Positions 26,737 through 39,506 of a DNA stretch of 64,000 bases are shown piece by piece. Origin of the DNA: the human T2T-CHM13v2.0 reference genome, Homo sapiens. The stretch's first letter is position 1, and each line of letters begins with the position of its first letter. The notes beneath the pieces were generated by a model. That model was not told the origin of the DNA and made no database searches. It saw only the letters and a program-made list of their open reading frames with translations. The translations under genes and the position numbers were made by a program. The stretch lies in assembly GCF_009914755.1 (NCBI RefSeq), contig NC_060929.1. One strand, given 5' to 3'.

Positions 26737-29310
26737 TTCAAATATTGCTATTTCAATATATTCAACTCCAGCTTCTTTTATTTCTTGTTTTCCCATATTC
26801 CCACCTTCTCTTGGGCATTAACTCCTCTCTAACTTTTGATGTGTAGGGATTATTGTAATGCCAATCTCAATAATTTCACTTAATTTGAATTGATATTTCA
26901 GTCTAATCTATTCTGTAAAATAATACTTTTATTTTCCTTAAGAGTCTGCATAGCGGTTTTTCTTCTTTCTTCTTTTGCTTTATTAAATATATTTATTATC
27001 TGGATTGCATTTTTAGACACCAGGAGAGTAAAGATATATCACAACTTCATGAATAGTCTTTGGGGTGATAACAGTCATTACATCCCCCAATATATCACAA
27101 AAATTACGAAATGTCTTCACTTATAGCTATTGTACAGAGTTAAATAACTTTCATATTAAATGTGTTTTTTCTCTGAGTTATTATTTCTAAAACAATACAT
27201 TTCTTTCCATTTTTATTTTTCCCTAGGCTTTGAATATATTCACACTGTTTACAAAGTTAAACCAAAATATATTATTTACCACATATTTAAATATAATAAA
27301 ATTTACTCTCAATCCTTATTTAGTGAGGACAAATATGAGAGGTACATTTACAGAAATATCAGACATATTTATAAAATCGATGTAGGAAATAGAATCATTA
27401 GGCTTAAAATAAACTGTGAATTCAAAATGGACTGTATCTTAAGGCATTAGAATTTTTCCACTTTTAAAATTGATCGGAAGTTATCTAAGGCAATTTAATT
27501 CCCTGGGAATTTAAAATTCTGGATGTGGTATTTGTCAAGAAGCTCAGAGTGTCTGCAGTTTTCTCTCTATCAAATCAAAAGGGCATTACTGCTATTCTTT
27601 GTTTGAGGAGTGCATGCTTTCTTGGATTTTTATTGTTCTCAAGGCTATATTGTTGATTCTTCTGTCATAAAGTACTCTGATACATGGGCACTGCAATTCA
27701 TAAATTAATAAATAATAATGCTCGTTTAATCACAGGCACGAAGGCTTCTCTGCAGCATTTGTTTCGTAGAGTATGTTTAGCACCCTCTCTCCATTATCTC
27801 AGATGCTGTTTTAATTATGTGGCAGATGCTAAAAGGCAGGTGATTTTCCAGGGTGATGGCAAGGTTCCCTGTCTATAAGCATTTGATTCTAGAATTCCAA
27901 AGTGATTGCCATTTGAACCTGTACCATAAGAAAGTTAAATCTGATGCAATTACCAAAAAAGGAGATGCTGACTGTTCTCAGCATTGCCTCTGTGACAAGG
28001 ATAAGACAGACTAAATGCATTCTCTTTCACAGCCATCACTTGATACACAAACTTTTTCATTATATTCTATCAACAAAATAAGAAGATAACAGGCTCATGT
28101 TTGGGTATCAAATGTGACTAGCAATCCAAAGTCTTGATTGTAGTGGTTGGTTGCATTGTTATTGAAATAATTTCACTGAACTTCTGCAACATTAGGCAGA
28201 ATCTCTAATGATTTTCTTTTCAAAATTATTGTAGAAGCAGAGATATTCTTGGGCATTGACCATTGCTAACTTAACTTCTCATGTATACCCGTCTGACTGA
28301 TGTTGGCAAAAGAAACTTGAAAATTACAGGGCATCATTTCCAATCAAAATAAAACAGCATGTCATATTAAGGAGAAAAATGAATGTAAAAGTATAATATT
28401 TTCCATCTTTAAGTTAGGCCGATATTACATGTAATTCAAGAGATGGGACTAATCTGTTCATAATCACGTGGCAAACATAAAGCAAGAAAATATTTGTTTT
28501 ACATAGGTATGCCAAAGGAGAAAGTAGCTGTATTTCATTAGAGTAAGTGATGTGATCAAAACTATATCTTTCTCAATTCTAAAATAAATTAGAGTTTATC
28601 TTCAAGATTTAGGTAAAATAACTACATGATAGAAGTACCTTGGTGAATCAAAGCGGTACAATATTCATGCTTGCCATTGACTTAAAAAAAAACAGATAGT
28701 CTTTATATTTGTTTTATGCCTAAGGAATAATAGTTGATGTCTACATGATTGTTTCAATTCACTGATACTTTTACTTCTAATAACCTTTCCACCTGTTGTA
28801 ATTGAAAAATGCTTATGCTGTTCCAAAGTTTTTGTTTATATGCCCCCATCACCCCCTAAAATATATGCCCATATTTGCCTGTTACTTTTATTCTTTTAGT
28901 GTTTTATAAGTTTTGATCTATAGAGTTTACTCTAAAGTAGTATGTGATCAATATGAAACAAAACTCATATGGCAAACCATATGTCTAAATACCTTGTATT
29001 CAAAAAATCTAATGTTAACCTATAGATTGCTAATGTTTTGTTACATACTAAAACATTATGCATAAGTGTGTTGCTTTCTGGATTTCTATTCTGCTTGATT
29101 TGTTCTGTCTGTTCATGTGCCAAATTCAAATTTCAGTTATTGAAGATTTATAGTATGTTTAGGTAAAGTTATTCCATCCCCTTTGCTCCTTTTTACAGAG
29201 CTTTTCTGAATATTCTTAATTTTTTATTTTGCAATGTATACATTAAGAGCTCTTAGCCTACTTCTGGGAAAGAAAAAAAAATAGCATTTATATATTTTTA
29301 GTCACAGACT

Positions 29311-29545
29311 TAGCATATTGTTGTGGTTAAGAACACTGACTATGGGTTAAAGTCAATTTCAATCTTGACATTTGTATTTTCCAGCAAGTTATCTAACTTC
29401 TCTGCCTCAATTTGCATGTTTATAAATAGCAATAGAATTAATACTTCCTACCTTTTGGAATTACTTGTCGGATTACATGAATTAATATATGTTAAAACCT
29501 TAAAGGATGCCTAAAACATTGAGTATGTAAATTTACTTGTTATTA
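29311..29545 (+). mobile_element. MIR
   Basis: GTGGTTAAGAACACTGAC...GCAAGTTATCTAACTTCTCTGCCTCAATTT. Confidence 0.8.
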
Positions 29546-29663
29546 ATGGTATTAATTGTATTCATATTAAAATATGAATTGATATAGGTAAATTTGATGT
29601 CTCAATGATGCTGTGTACCCTTATCCAAGATAATAATCTCTATTTCCCTTTGTGGAAGCCCAC

Positions 29664-29964
29664 TTTTTTTTTTTTTTTTTTTGAGACAGGGTCTCACTCT
29701 GTCACTTAGACTGGAGTGCAGTGGTGAGATCTCGGGTCACTGCTGCCTCAACCTCCCCGGCTCAGGTGATCCTCCCAACCTCAGCCTACCAAGTAGCTGG
29801 GATTACAGCCACATGACACCATGCCTGGCTAATTTTTGTATTTTCAGTAAAGATGGGTTTTTGCCATGTTGGCCAGTCTGGTCTGAACTCCTGAGCTCAA
29901 ACACTCCTCCCATCACTGCCTCCCAAAGTGCTGACACTGCAGGTGTAAGCCACTGTACCCTGCC
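29664..29964 (-). mobile_element. Alu, AluJ-like
   Basis: T tract then GAGACAGGGTCTCACTCTGTC ... GCCACTGTACCCTGCC. Confidence 0.93.
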
Positions 29965-30395
29965 AGAAGTCTATTTTTTATATCCAAAAGTATTTTTTAA
30001 TGTTTTCCAATTTAGACATATTATATTTATTCCCAATCCTTTTTCTGAATATTTTTAATATAAATATTAGGATTATATTTATAAGATGAATTCAAGTGCT
30101 TGTAAGAAGTAATAGTCTACCAGTGACTGGATAAATGACATATAGTCTACCAATTTAAAGGAATGCTATACTGAAGAAATAATGCTATTAAATATTATTA
30201 AATATAGTATGTCTAAATTGAGAAAACATTAAGAAGAACTTTTGGATGTAAAAAAATAGACTTCTGGCAGGGCATGGTGGCTCACACCTGTAGTGTCAGC
30301 AGTTTGGGACAAATAATAATACTACTACTATATGCTATTATTTCTTCAGTATAGCATTCCCTTAAATTGGTAGACTCTATGTCATTAATCCAGTC
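29921..30395. repeat. Interleaved inverted duplication A-x-B'-A'-B
   Basis: 29921-30029 is the approximate reverse complement of 30199-30309; 30125-30183 is the reverse complement of 30337-30395 (3 mismatches in 59). Confidence 0.93.
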
Positions 30396-30670
30396 TGCTC
30401 TTGATTGACATTTGGATTGTTTCCAGGGTTTTGTTATTACAAACTATAGTGATATGAATATTATTGTACCTGTTTCATGATGCACATATGCAAGAATAAG
30501 AGTGGAATCAGTCAGCTTTAACTTCACCATCTCATCCCAAATCAATGTCCAGTTGACTCAGTGCTATTTAATGAAGAGATCATACCTTTCTATGCATTGC
30601 AGTGTTGCCTTTGCCATAAATTGAATAGCCATATATGCATGGGTTTATTCCAATGTTCTATTTGTCTCAG
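30337..30670 (-). mobile_element. Old L1M 3' region fragments
   Basis: TTGATTGACATTTGGATTGTTTCCAG...ATGAATATTATTGTAC antisense L1ME-like motifs. Confidence 0.65.
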
Positions 30671-30914
30671 TCTGTTATCTTAACCAGAATTGGCAACTGT
30701 TTCAGTGGAAGTGGAGGTTACTTACCTCTTCTCTATTCAGTTCTTTCCTTTTCTAGAATTCTTCAATTTTTGCTTTTCTGTTCCTGATTGCTTTAGGAGT
30801 CCTAGATGCTTTACACACACATTGTGTATATATAAAAAAATTACTAATTACACATTATGAATATGTATTTATACATACATATGATTTTAACATTTTAGTC
30901 TATAGGCAAATTTG

Positions 30915-31088
30915 CTGAAATTCAGAACATCTCTGGAGCATAATCCCAGCTCCAGAGATCTCTAGTTTGGCTGAGGCATTTGTTGTGACGTCATAGCAGT
31001 CCGACTTTTCTTCTGTTCAATTATAATTCTTTCACTCTCTTACAGGTGTTCTCCCAGATCTAATTCCTGGGGAACATGATCTGTGAGA
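30915..31088 (+). mobile_element. LTR16-like 3' fragment
   Basis: CCCAGCTCCAGAG...GGCTGAGGC...TTACAGGTGTT...TTCCTGGGGAAC motifs. Confidence 0.55.
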
Positions 31089-31138
31089 TAGATTTTATAT
31101 TTCTCTCTCTATATATATGTGTGCATGTGTGTGTATAC

Positions 31139-31252
31139 ATGATCCTCAGTGTATATTTTTGTACCGTGTGGACCTCAAAGATGCATGCTGCTTATGGCAG
31201 AATGAGCATAGGCCAATCATTCTGGCCTCACAGGCTTGCTTAGTCAAATGGA

Positions 31253-31302
<50 letters not shown>

Positions 31303-31944
31303 TTTGAACATTATCTGCTGTTTTTTCCTTAAGCAGTTCAACTGTACCTAGAACTTGATATATCTGTACCTTACATTTTATAGTCTAAAAAGAAAATAAG
31401 GCACCCAAGATAGTCAGAAACCAGATCGTTAGCTCCATGTTCACCATTTTTAGATAAAAAGCCAGTCCTTAGCTTCTGGAGAAGGTGTTCCAGAAAAGGG
31501 CCCAGGGCTTGGTGAGGGAGTCGTGATAGTCCTGATCACCAGGTCCTGTGTGAAATGCCTCCATTTGTTATCCAACCTACTGAAGGCAATGTAAGATGAA
31601 AACCCTCTTATTGTAGCCACTGAGAACTTACAGCTAAAACTGTTCTAGTGCTATCAATACAAGCAAAACTCAGGCACATTCAACTTTAGAGTCTCAAATG
31701 TTTTTTGGCCAACAATGACTAAAAAATATGACCCCATCTTTCCAAGCTTTTGATTCCAGACACAGCTGCACCTATGTTGTTCCTCACCACCAATGTTCCA
31801 GAAAAGTCTCCTCCATTTGGCTAAGCCAGTCTCCATGCACCACATGTTTTCTGAGGCCAGGGTGACCGGCATATGCTCATTTTGCCATAAGCAGCGTGCA
31901 TCTTTGAGCTCCACAAAGTCTAAGAAATATACACTCAGGATCAT
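31139..31944. repeat. Inverted repeat pair: arms 31139-31252 and 31812-31944
   Basis: Arms are diverged reverse complements; the ORF track shows it too (LKDACCLWQNEH on + versus LKDARCLWQNEH on -). Confidence 0.92.
31255..31297. repeat. (CA)n microsatellite
   Basis: Directly visible, about 21 units. Confidence 0.97.
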
Positions 31945-32539
31945 TGTCCCTATGTATTTGCTGAAATGAATAACCTCTTTATCTTTTCTTAGACGCTAGA
32001 TTTTGTTTAATATAAGCGAGGTCTTATATTATTATATATGGCCAAATAAACCATAAAATGCACCAATTTGCCAACTTGAAAATGCTACTTAGCTGTCATT
32101 TATTGCTGAAAGCCACCTGCCCAGAATCTAACCATAAAAATTAAACCACACAATCATGTAAGTCAGACTCATGACTACAAAATACTGCCAAAAGTCTACA
32201 GTTTAAAGGTGAAAGCTGTGCATTGTTCTCATTAAGAGAGTCTATATAATTTGTACTTCCAAATAGACATCCTTTATAACACTATTTTAAATTTAATTTT
32301 CCTCCCAAATCTGAAGTAGTCTCCCTCTGCAAAGTTATACAAGAAGGAGCAAAATATATGCTACCTTCTGGCTGGTTTGTTCAGAAGAGCAAGAGGAAAA
32401 GGGAAAAAAAAAGCTGCCTCAACATATCCATTGCCCCCTCTCAAAATTTACCAATTAAATATGTCACACTATATAATGTACTATAAATTTGTCAATTCTA
32501 TTTATACTTAATTTCAAAGCTACTTCATTCTCATAAAAA

Positions 32540-33560
32540 TAGTTAAGAAGTAAACTTTCTTTTATATCCTCTGGATGAGTTTTTGGAAGAATCAAATTGT
32601 TTCCTTAAATATTTGGTTGATGTTGTAAAATTATTTGGGAGTAGTAATTTTTAAGTGTGTGTATATGTGTGAGTCTGTGTGTGTGTGTGTGTGAACTGTT
32701 TAACTTAAAGATTCAATTATACAAAGGTTATGAGAATATTCTAATTTTCTAATTGTTTATGAATGAGTTATGTTGAAAGATTATACAATTTTTTTCTAGG
32801 AATTTTTTATTAAGACACATTTTTCAACTTTGGGTGTTGACATGAAAATGTTCATAATATTTACTTCTCACATTTTTAATAATACTTGCAAATATGATTA
32901 TTTCCTCAATATAAATTTTATTTATGTATGTCTTTTATTTTCTTCTTAGTCAATATTTGTAGAGAGAAGACAATTTTTTTTTTAGCTTAACAAACTCACT
33001 ATATTCTGGTTCTGTGTGATAGTTCATCATTTTATATATAATTTCTTATCTTTTCTGTTTTTTTGTCATTTTGCTATCTTAGAGTCCGTTGTGATATCCT
33101 TCTTTTAACTTCTTTTAAATTGAACATAAATCTCATAAAACTTCAGTTTTTATACATTTCTAATGTATCAATTTATGGCTCTAAATTTTGCTCTGTTATC
33201 ACTCCACCTATATCCCACATTTGAATGCTCTTACGAGTTCTAAATAGTTTCAACTTTTTCTCATGATTTCTTTCTTGAGCAATTAATTTTAATTCACAAA
33301 GATATAATCTTTTAAGAGAATTATTTTATTTGATGATGAACTCCTATCGTATTTAGATTGTTTTCAGGGATAAAATGTTTATATGTACCTAAAAAATAAA
33401 AGTATCTCCTCCATTTTGTGTAGAGCGTTCTGTAGATTTATGTAATTGATCTTCTCTCACTTCACTGACATTTTTCTCCTAATGTATATTTACTAAAAGT
33501 GGTCAGTTAAAACCTATTGTGATTATGATTTATTGAATTCTCATTTTAAATATTTATTTT
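32540..33560 (-). mobile_element. Very old L1M remnant
   Basis: T-rich degenerate antisense ORF2-like motifs; boundaries approximate. Confidence 0.5.
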
Positions 33561-33563
33561 GGC

Positions 33564-33861
33564 TGATATAGTTTGGTTCTGTGTCTCCACCCAAATCTCA
33601 GGCTGAATTGTTATCCCCAGTGGTGGAGGAGGGTCCTGGTGGGAGGTGATTGGATCATGGGGATTGATTTTCCCCTTGCTGTTCTTATGATAGTAAGTGA
33701 CTTCTCACAAGATCTGCTTGTTTAAAAGTGTGTTGCACTTCCCCCTTTGCTCTCTCTCTCTCCTGCTGTCATATGAAGAGATGCTTTTTTCCTCTTCACC
33801 CTTCTGCCATGACTGTAAGTTTCCGGAGGCCTCCTAGCCATGCTTCTAGCAGAGCCTGTGG
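33564..33861 (+). mobile_element. MSTA-like MaLR 5' LTR lacking its 3' end
   Basis: TGATATAGTTTGGTTCTGTGTCTCCACCCAAATCTCA start; joins internal sequence after AGAGCCTGTGG without the usual polyA/U5 end. Confidence 0.88.
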
Positions 33862-34503
33862 GAAGAAAATTGGCACCAGAGAAGTGGGGCGTTGCTATAA
33901 AGATACCGAAAAATTTGGAAGCAGCTTTGGAACTGGGTAATGGGCAGAGATTGGAATGGTGCAGAGGAATCAGAAGAAGACAGAAAGATGAGGGAAAGTT
34001 TGGAACTTCCTAGAGACTTATTGAATGATTGTGACCAAAATGCTGATAATGATACGGACAGTGAAGTCCAGACTGAGGTGGTCTCAGATGGAAATGAAGA
34101 ACTTATTGGGAATTGGAACAAAGGTCAATTTTGCTATGCTTTAGCAAAAAGACTGGCAGCATTTTGCCCCTGCCCTAGAGATCTGTGGAACTTTCAACTT
34201 AAGAGAGATGATTTAGTGTAACTGGTGGAAGAAATTTCCAAGTAGCAAAGTATTCAAGACGTGACCTGGCTTTTTCTAAAAGTGCACATTCATATGTGTG
34301 AAGAAAAGATGGTCTGAAATTTGAATTTATGTTTAAAAGAGAAGCAGAGCATAAAAGTTTGGAAAATTTGCCACCTGACCAAGCAGTAGAAAAGAAAAAC
34401 CCATTTTCTGGGGAGAAATTTAAACAGGCTGCAGAAATTTGCATAAGTAACAAGGAGCCAAATGTTAATAGCCAAGATAATAGGGAAAATGTCTCCAGGG
34501 CAT
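33862..34503 (+). mobile_element. MST/THE1-type MaLR internal sequence, truncated
   Basis: GAAAATTGGCACCAG start; ORF-track peptides (EEDRKMRESLELPRDLLN; KREAEHKSLENL) are MaLR internal ORF remnants. Confidence 0.9.
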
Positions 34504-34779
34504 TTTTAAATTTTAAGTTTTAAAATTTTTAAAAATTTAGTACTCTTTAAAATTTAGTGCTCTTTAAATTTAAATTTTAAATTTTAAAATTTTAAAGAGT
34601 ACTAAATTGTATCAGAAGGATTAAAGAAGAAAAGTGAAATCACACCTTCCTTTGAGCAATGTTCAATTTGATCATCAATAAGAATGATAATTGAAATTAG
34701 TTTTAAAATATCAAATGTGTTTTAATAGATGAGTTTATAATAATACTAGAAAATATGGTCACTTTAGGAGGATGATAAA

Positions 34780-35640
34780 TGTTTAATGTTTTATTTTAAA
34801 AATTGATACCATTTTTTTCTGCCTTTCCTACAAAAAGATCATTTTAGTGTAGCCAAATAGTTGGTAAAACCAGTTAATTTTATTAAAGAAAATAATATTG
34901 TATCTAAGGAATTATCATATTAGAACATCATGATTTTGCAGCTTCTAGTTAAATAATGGATCTAAGCAATAATTATCAGTGTTTGTTAACATCACCATGA
35001 GACAGCCAATTGAAATTAAAATAGCATTTTGAATTGAACTTGTCAAATTATCAAGACAGAGAAACATTTTAAACACATTATATGACAGCATGGGATTAAA
35101 ATAGCAAAATCTAACAGTGAGAACTTCTGTAAGACATATGATCCCAGTTATTCAGTAAGAAAATTATAACACAAAGAGAGAAAGAAAGAGAAATGGATGG
35201 GGGAAAGGGAGGGAGAGAGAAAGTTGGGGTAGGGCTACAATTTAAATTCATAATTTAATTGTTAAAAAGCATGGTAGATATATCATCCAGTTGAAATGCA
35301 TGAACCTTGTTTGGATCTTTATTCAGCAAATAAGCTGTTAAAAATTATGAATTAGAAAAACGTGGGCATTTGTTGGTATTTACTAATAATCATTGTTCTA
35401 CTCTTAAGTATTACAATGTTAGTTTAAAGAACTCTTATCTCTTGAAACACTTTTGGATTAAATGGCACAGATGCTAGAATTTATTTTAAATTAATATTAT
35501 AGGGGCTATCTATTAGGCAAAATAATAATTCCAAGAAGATTGGCTATGATTTGATACTTGTTGAAACTGAAGGACAGATATGAGAATTTGTTGTAATTTT
35601 TTTTCCATTTAGAATATGCCGGAGGTTGTTCATACTACAA
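34780..35640 (+). mobile_element. L1MC-type 3'UTR remnant
   Basis: CATCATGATTTTGCAGC...AATGGATCTAAGCAAT and AATGCATGAACCTTGTTTGGATC motifs. Confidence 0.6.
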
Positions 35641-35999
35641 AGCCTTTTTTTTTTTTTAACTTTTTCAGATTAGTCCTTATGTTTGTCATTTTTTCATTTG
35701 TTCACACATTGGAAATTTCTTTAGTCAGAGTATATTGACAGTAAATTTTCTGTTTTTGTCTAAAATTTTTTTCCACCTTAATCTAAAGATAGTTTAGCTA
35801 TCTTTGGTAATACATGGAAAAGAGGAAGGGGAAGGAATTCATTTGCCTGACTTCACCATCTCCAATCTCCACCAACTAAAATTTATTCCTCAGAGGGTTA
35901 ATTCTCCCAAGACTTCTGGATTCTATCATCTATCAGCCACTCAGAAAATAAGATTCTCATTCCAAGTTGTAGAATTTTGTAGTCAAAAGCAGAGAAGAG

Positions 36000-37353
36000 T
36001 TTGTGGCACAGATGGGACATTTACCCAAATAACTGAAAATAACTTTATGAAGCCAATAAAATGCCCCTTGGAAAAACTGTCCTAGTGCTTTGAATAAATG
36101 GGTCACTTTTGCCTTGTGCATAGGTAATCAATGGTCCCACTTTCTGACAGAGCCAGGAAATAAGGTATTTTGGAGACTTTGAGAAGAGAGGTATTCAACT
36201 AGTCTGCAAGTAACTGATCTACATTCACAATTTAAGGAAGAGACCTTGGCTTTGCTTCCTAGCCTCCAGAGACTTTTAAAAGTCTAATCTGGGCTGTGTG
36301 CAGTGGTACATGCCTGTAACCTCAGCATTTTGGGAGGCCGAGGCAGGAGGATTACTTGATGCCAGGAGTTAGAGACTAGCCTGGCCAACATACTGAAACC
36401 CTCTCTCTATTAAAAAATAAATAATAATAAATACAGAAAAAAGAAAAAAATTAATTAAAAGTCTACTCTGACATTTCTAATGAAAAACTCCAACAACAGA
36501 ATTAAAAGGAACCTATATGAACAGTCACTTTTCTTGCTGAACTTATGTAAATGATCAGCCCAATTTTAATAAAATTAAACTTAGTTTACATATAAATTAT
36601 ACTTACATAGATTGATAAAATTAGGGTACTTGAGAGAGAAAAATTACGTTTCAAAAGAAAACTATAGTACACCTGTTATTAGATTCTAGCTCATTATTTT
36701 TGAGATTGTATTCCTGATTAGAAATTTGGACTGAATCTGAATTTCTTATAGTTTCTTCCAATATTTGGATGTGAGCCCACAAACTAATATTCCCAATTTT
36801 CTCCAATTTTTCTGACTTGGAACCACTGAAATTAAAACTGTCATTTTTCCTGAAGTCCTGTAAGCTAAAACTGGTCAATCTCATATAATCTAGGAAGAAA
36901 TGACCATGACAGTTTATGTGTAGACAACTTTTTGTACCATGCAAACTGCAATCTAGAAGTCTGTCAGATTGCCACTACCTTCTTCCACTCCAACTGAAAA
37001 TGCTTCACACCCCATCTCAACCAACTGCCCTCAAACTCCATAAGAAACTAGCTTATAGTCTGCTCCAGACCTTAACTTTTATTTTTTTCTGTTTCCATAG
37101 AAATGCCTTTTAATAAACAACCATCTGCCTCCTTGATATAAAGGCTTAACTTTGATGGGACCCCTACAAACGCCACTTCCTGAAATGAGACACAACTGTT
37201 TAAGAGGACTGACCTATTCACAGGAATGGAAGACTGGTTTAATGAGATCTTCTACCACTCAGCTACGAACCTATTTTTTTCTTTTTTCAATCTGCATCCA
37301 CCAACTCATCTTTCAGTATGTGAAACTTCTAGGAGAATTTCAGTTAGGACAAT
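36000..37353 (+). mobile_element. MER4-group ERV1 internal 3' region
   Basis: ATGCCCCTTGGAAAAACTG, AAGAAAACTATAGTACACCTGTTATTAGATTCTAG motifs; ends at a decayed polypurine tract before the LTR. Confidence 0.7.
36292..36455 (+). mobile_element. Free left Alu monomer (FLAM-like)
   Basis: Single arm plus A-rich tail bounded by 15-bp TSD TAAAAGTCTAATCTG/TAAAAGTCTACTCTG. Confidence 0.88.
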
Positions 37354-38404
<1,051 letters not shown>

Positions 38405-38873
38405 CTGTTTAGGTGCATGTGTGTTTGGTAGTGGGGAGGGGTTGACAATACATTAACTATTTCTAGAATAAAGAAAAAAAATTAGAAAGCATGAGAACTG
38501 TGAAAAACAAATCAACATAAATGATCAATCCAAGGAGACAAATATCCAACCAATAAGAACTCCAGAAACAATTAAACATGTATAAAGCGGATGAGAAGAT
38601 ACAAGATATAATTTGTCAGACAAATGCCATGTGCCTTCCAAGTCCTCAATAGAGTGAATGAGAAGGAAGAATTACAAACCATACCAAGATGTATTTTTAG
38701 ACCACTAAGGATAAAAAAAAAAAAAGACAAGAATATATATTTTTTAAACCTGTAACATCTTTTGTATAGGGGAAAACAAGATTATCTACTGTATCTATTA
38801 AGGAATAGGCATCACATGATTCATGATCAAGACCTGAGTATCACAGATACAATATCTGCTGGAAAATGGTTTT

Positions 38874-39309
38874 TGTCAGGTCTCTGAGCCCAAGCTAAGC
38901 CATCATATCCCCTGTGACCTGCACGTATACATCCAGATGGCCCGAAGCAAGTGAAAAATCACAAAAGAAGTGAAAATGGCCAGTTCCTTCCTTAACTGAC
39001 GACATTCCACCATTGTGATTTGTTTCTGCACCCCCCTTAACTGAGCGATTAATCTTGTGAAATGCCTTCTCATAGCTCAAAAGCTCCCCCACTGAGCACC
39101 TTGTGACCCCCATCCCTGCCCATAAGAGAACAACCCCCTTTGACTGTAATTTTCCACTACATACCCAAATCCTATAAAATGGCCCCACCCCTATCTCCCT
39201 TCCATGACTCTCTTTTCAGACTCAGCCTGCCTGCACCCAGGTGAAATAAACAGCTTTATTGCTCACACAAAGCCTGTGTGGTAGTCTCTTCACACGGACG
39301 CATGTGACA
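38874..39309 (+). mobile_element. Solo LTR7-family (HERV-H) LTR, complete
   Basis: TGTCAGGTCTCTGAGCCCAAGCTAAGCCATC ... CACACGGACGCATGTGACA; TATAAAA near 39173, AATAAA near 39245; perfect 5-bp TSD GTTTT. Confidence 0.95.
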
Positions 39310-39400
39310 GTTTTGATCTAAAGAACAAACAAAAACAAATTACGTGTCAAGAGTCATAACATAAGGTAGATATTTAGACATGTGTAAAGTGTCATATACC

Positions 39401-39472
39401 TATAATCACCCAATGGATTCATCTTGCCTGCTGTCCAGAAAAGCCAATGCTTGGAGAACAGCAGGTTTTTGT

Positions 39473-39506
<34 letters not shown>

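Noticed and set aside
31117-31944. Two similar peptides on opposite strands suggesting paralogous genes
   Set aside because: The similarity is a by-product of the DNA inverted repeat; one ORF runs through a (CA)n tract.
33940-34523. Protein-like ORFs (93 aa and 64 aa)
   Set aside because: Broken remnants of the MaLR internal ORF, not a host gene.
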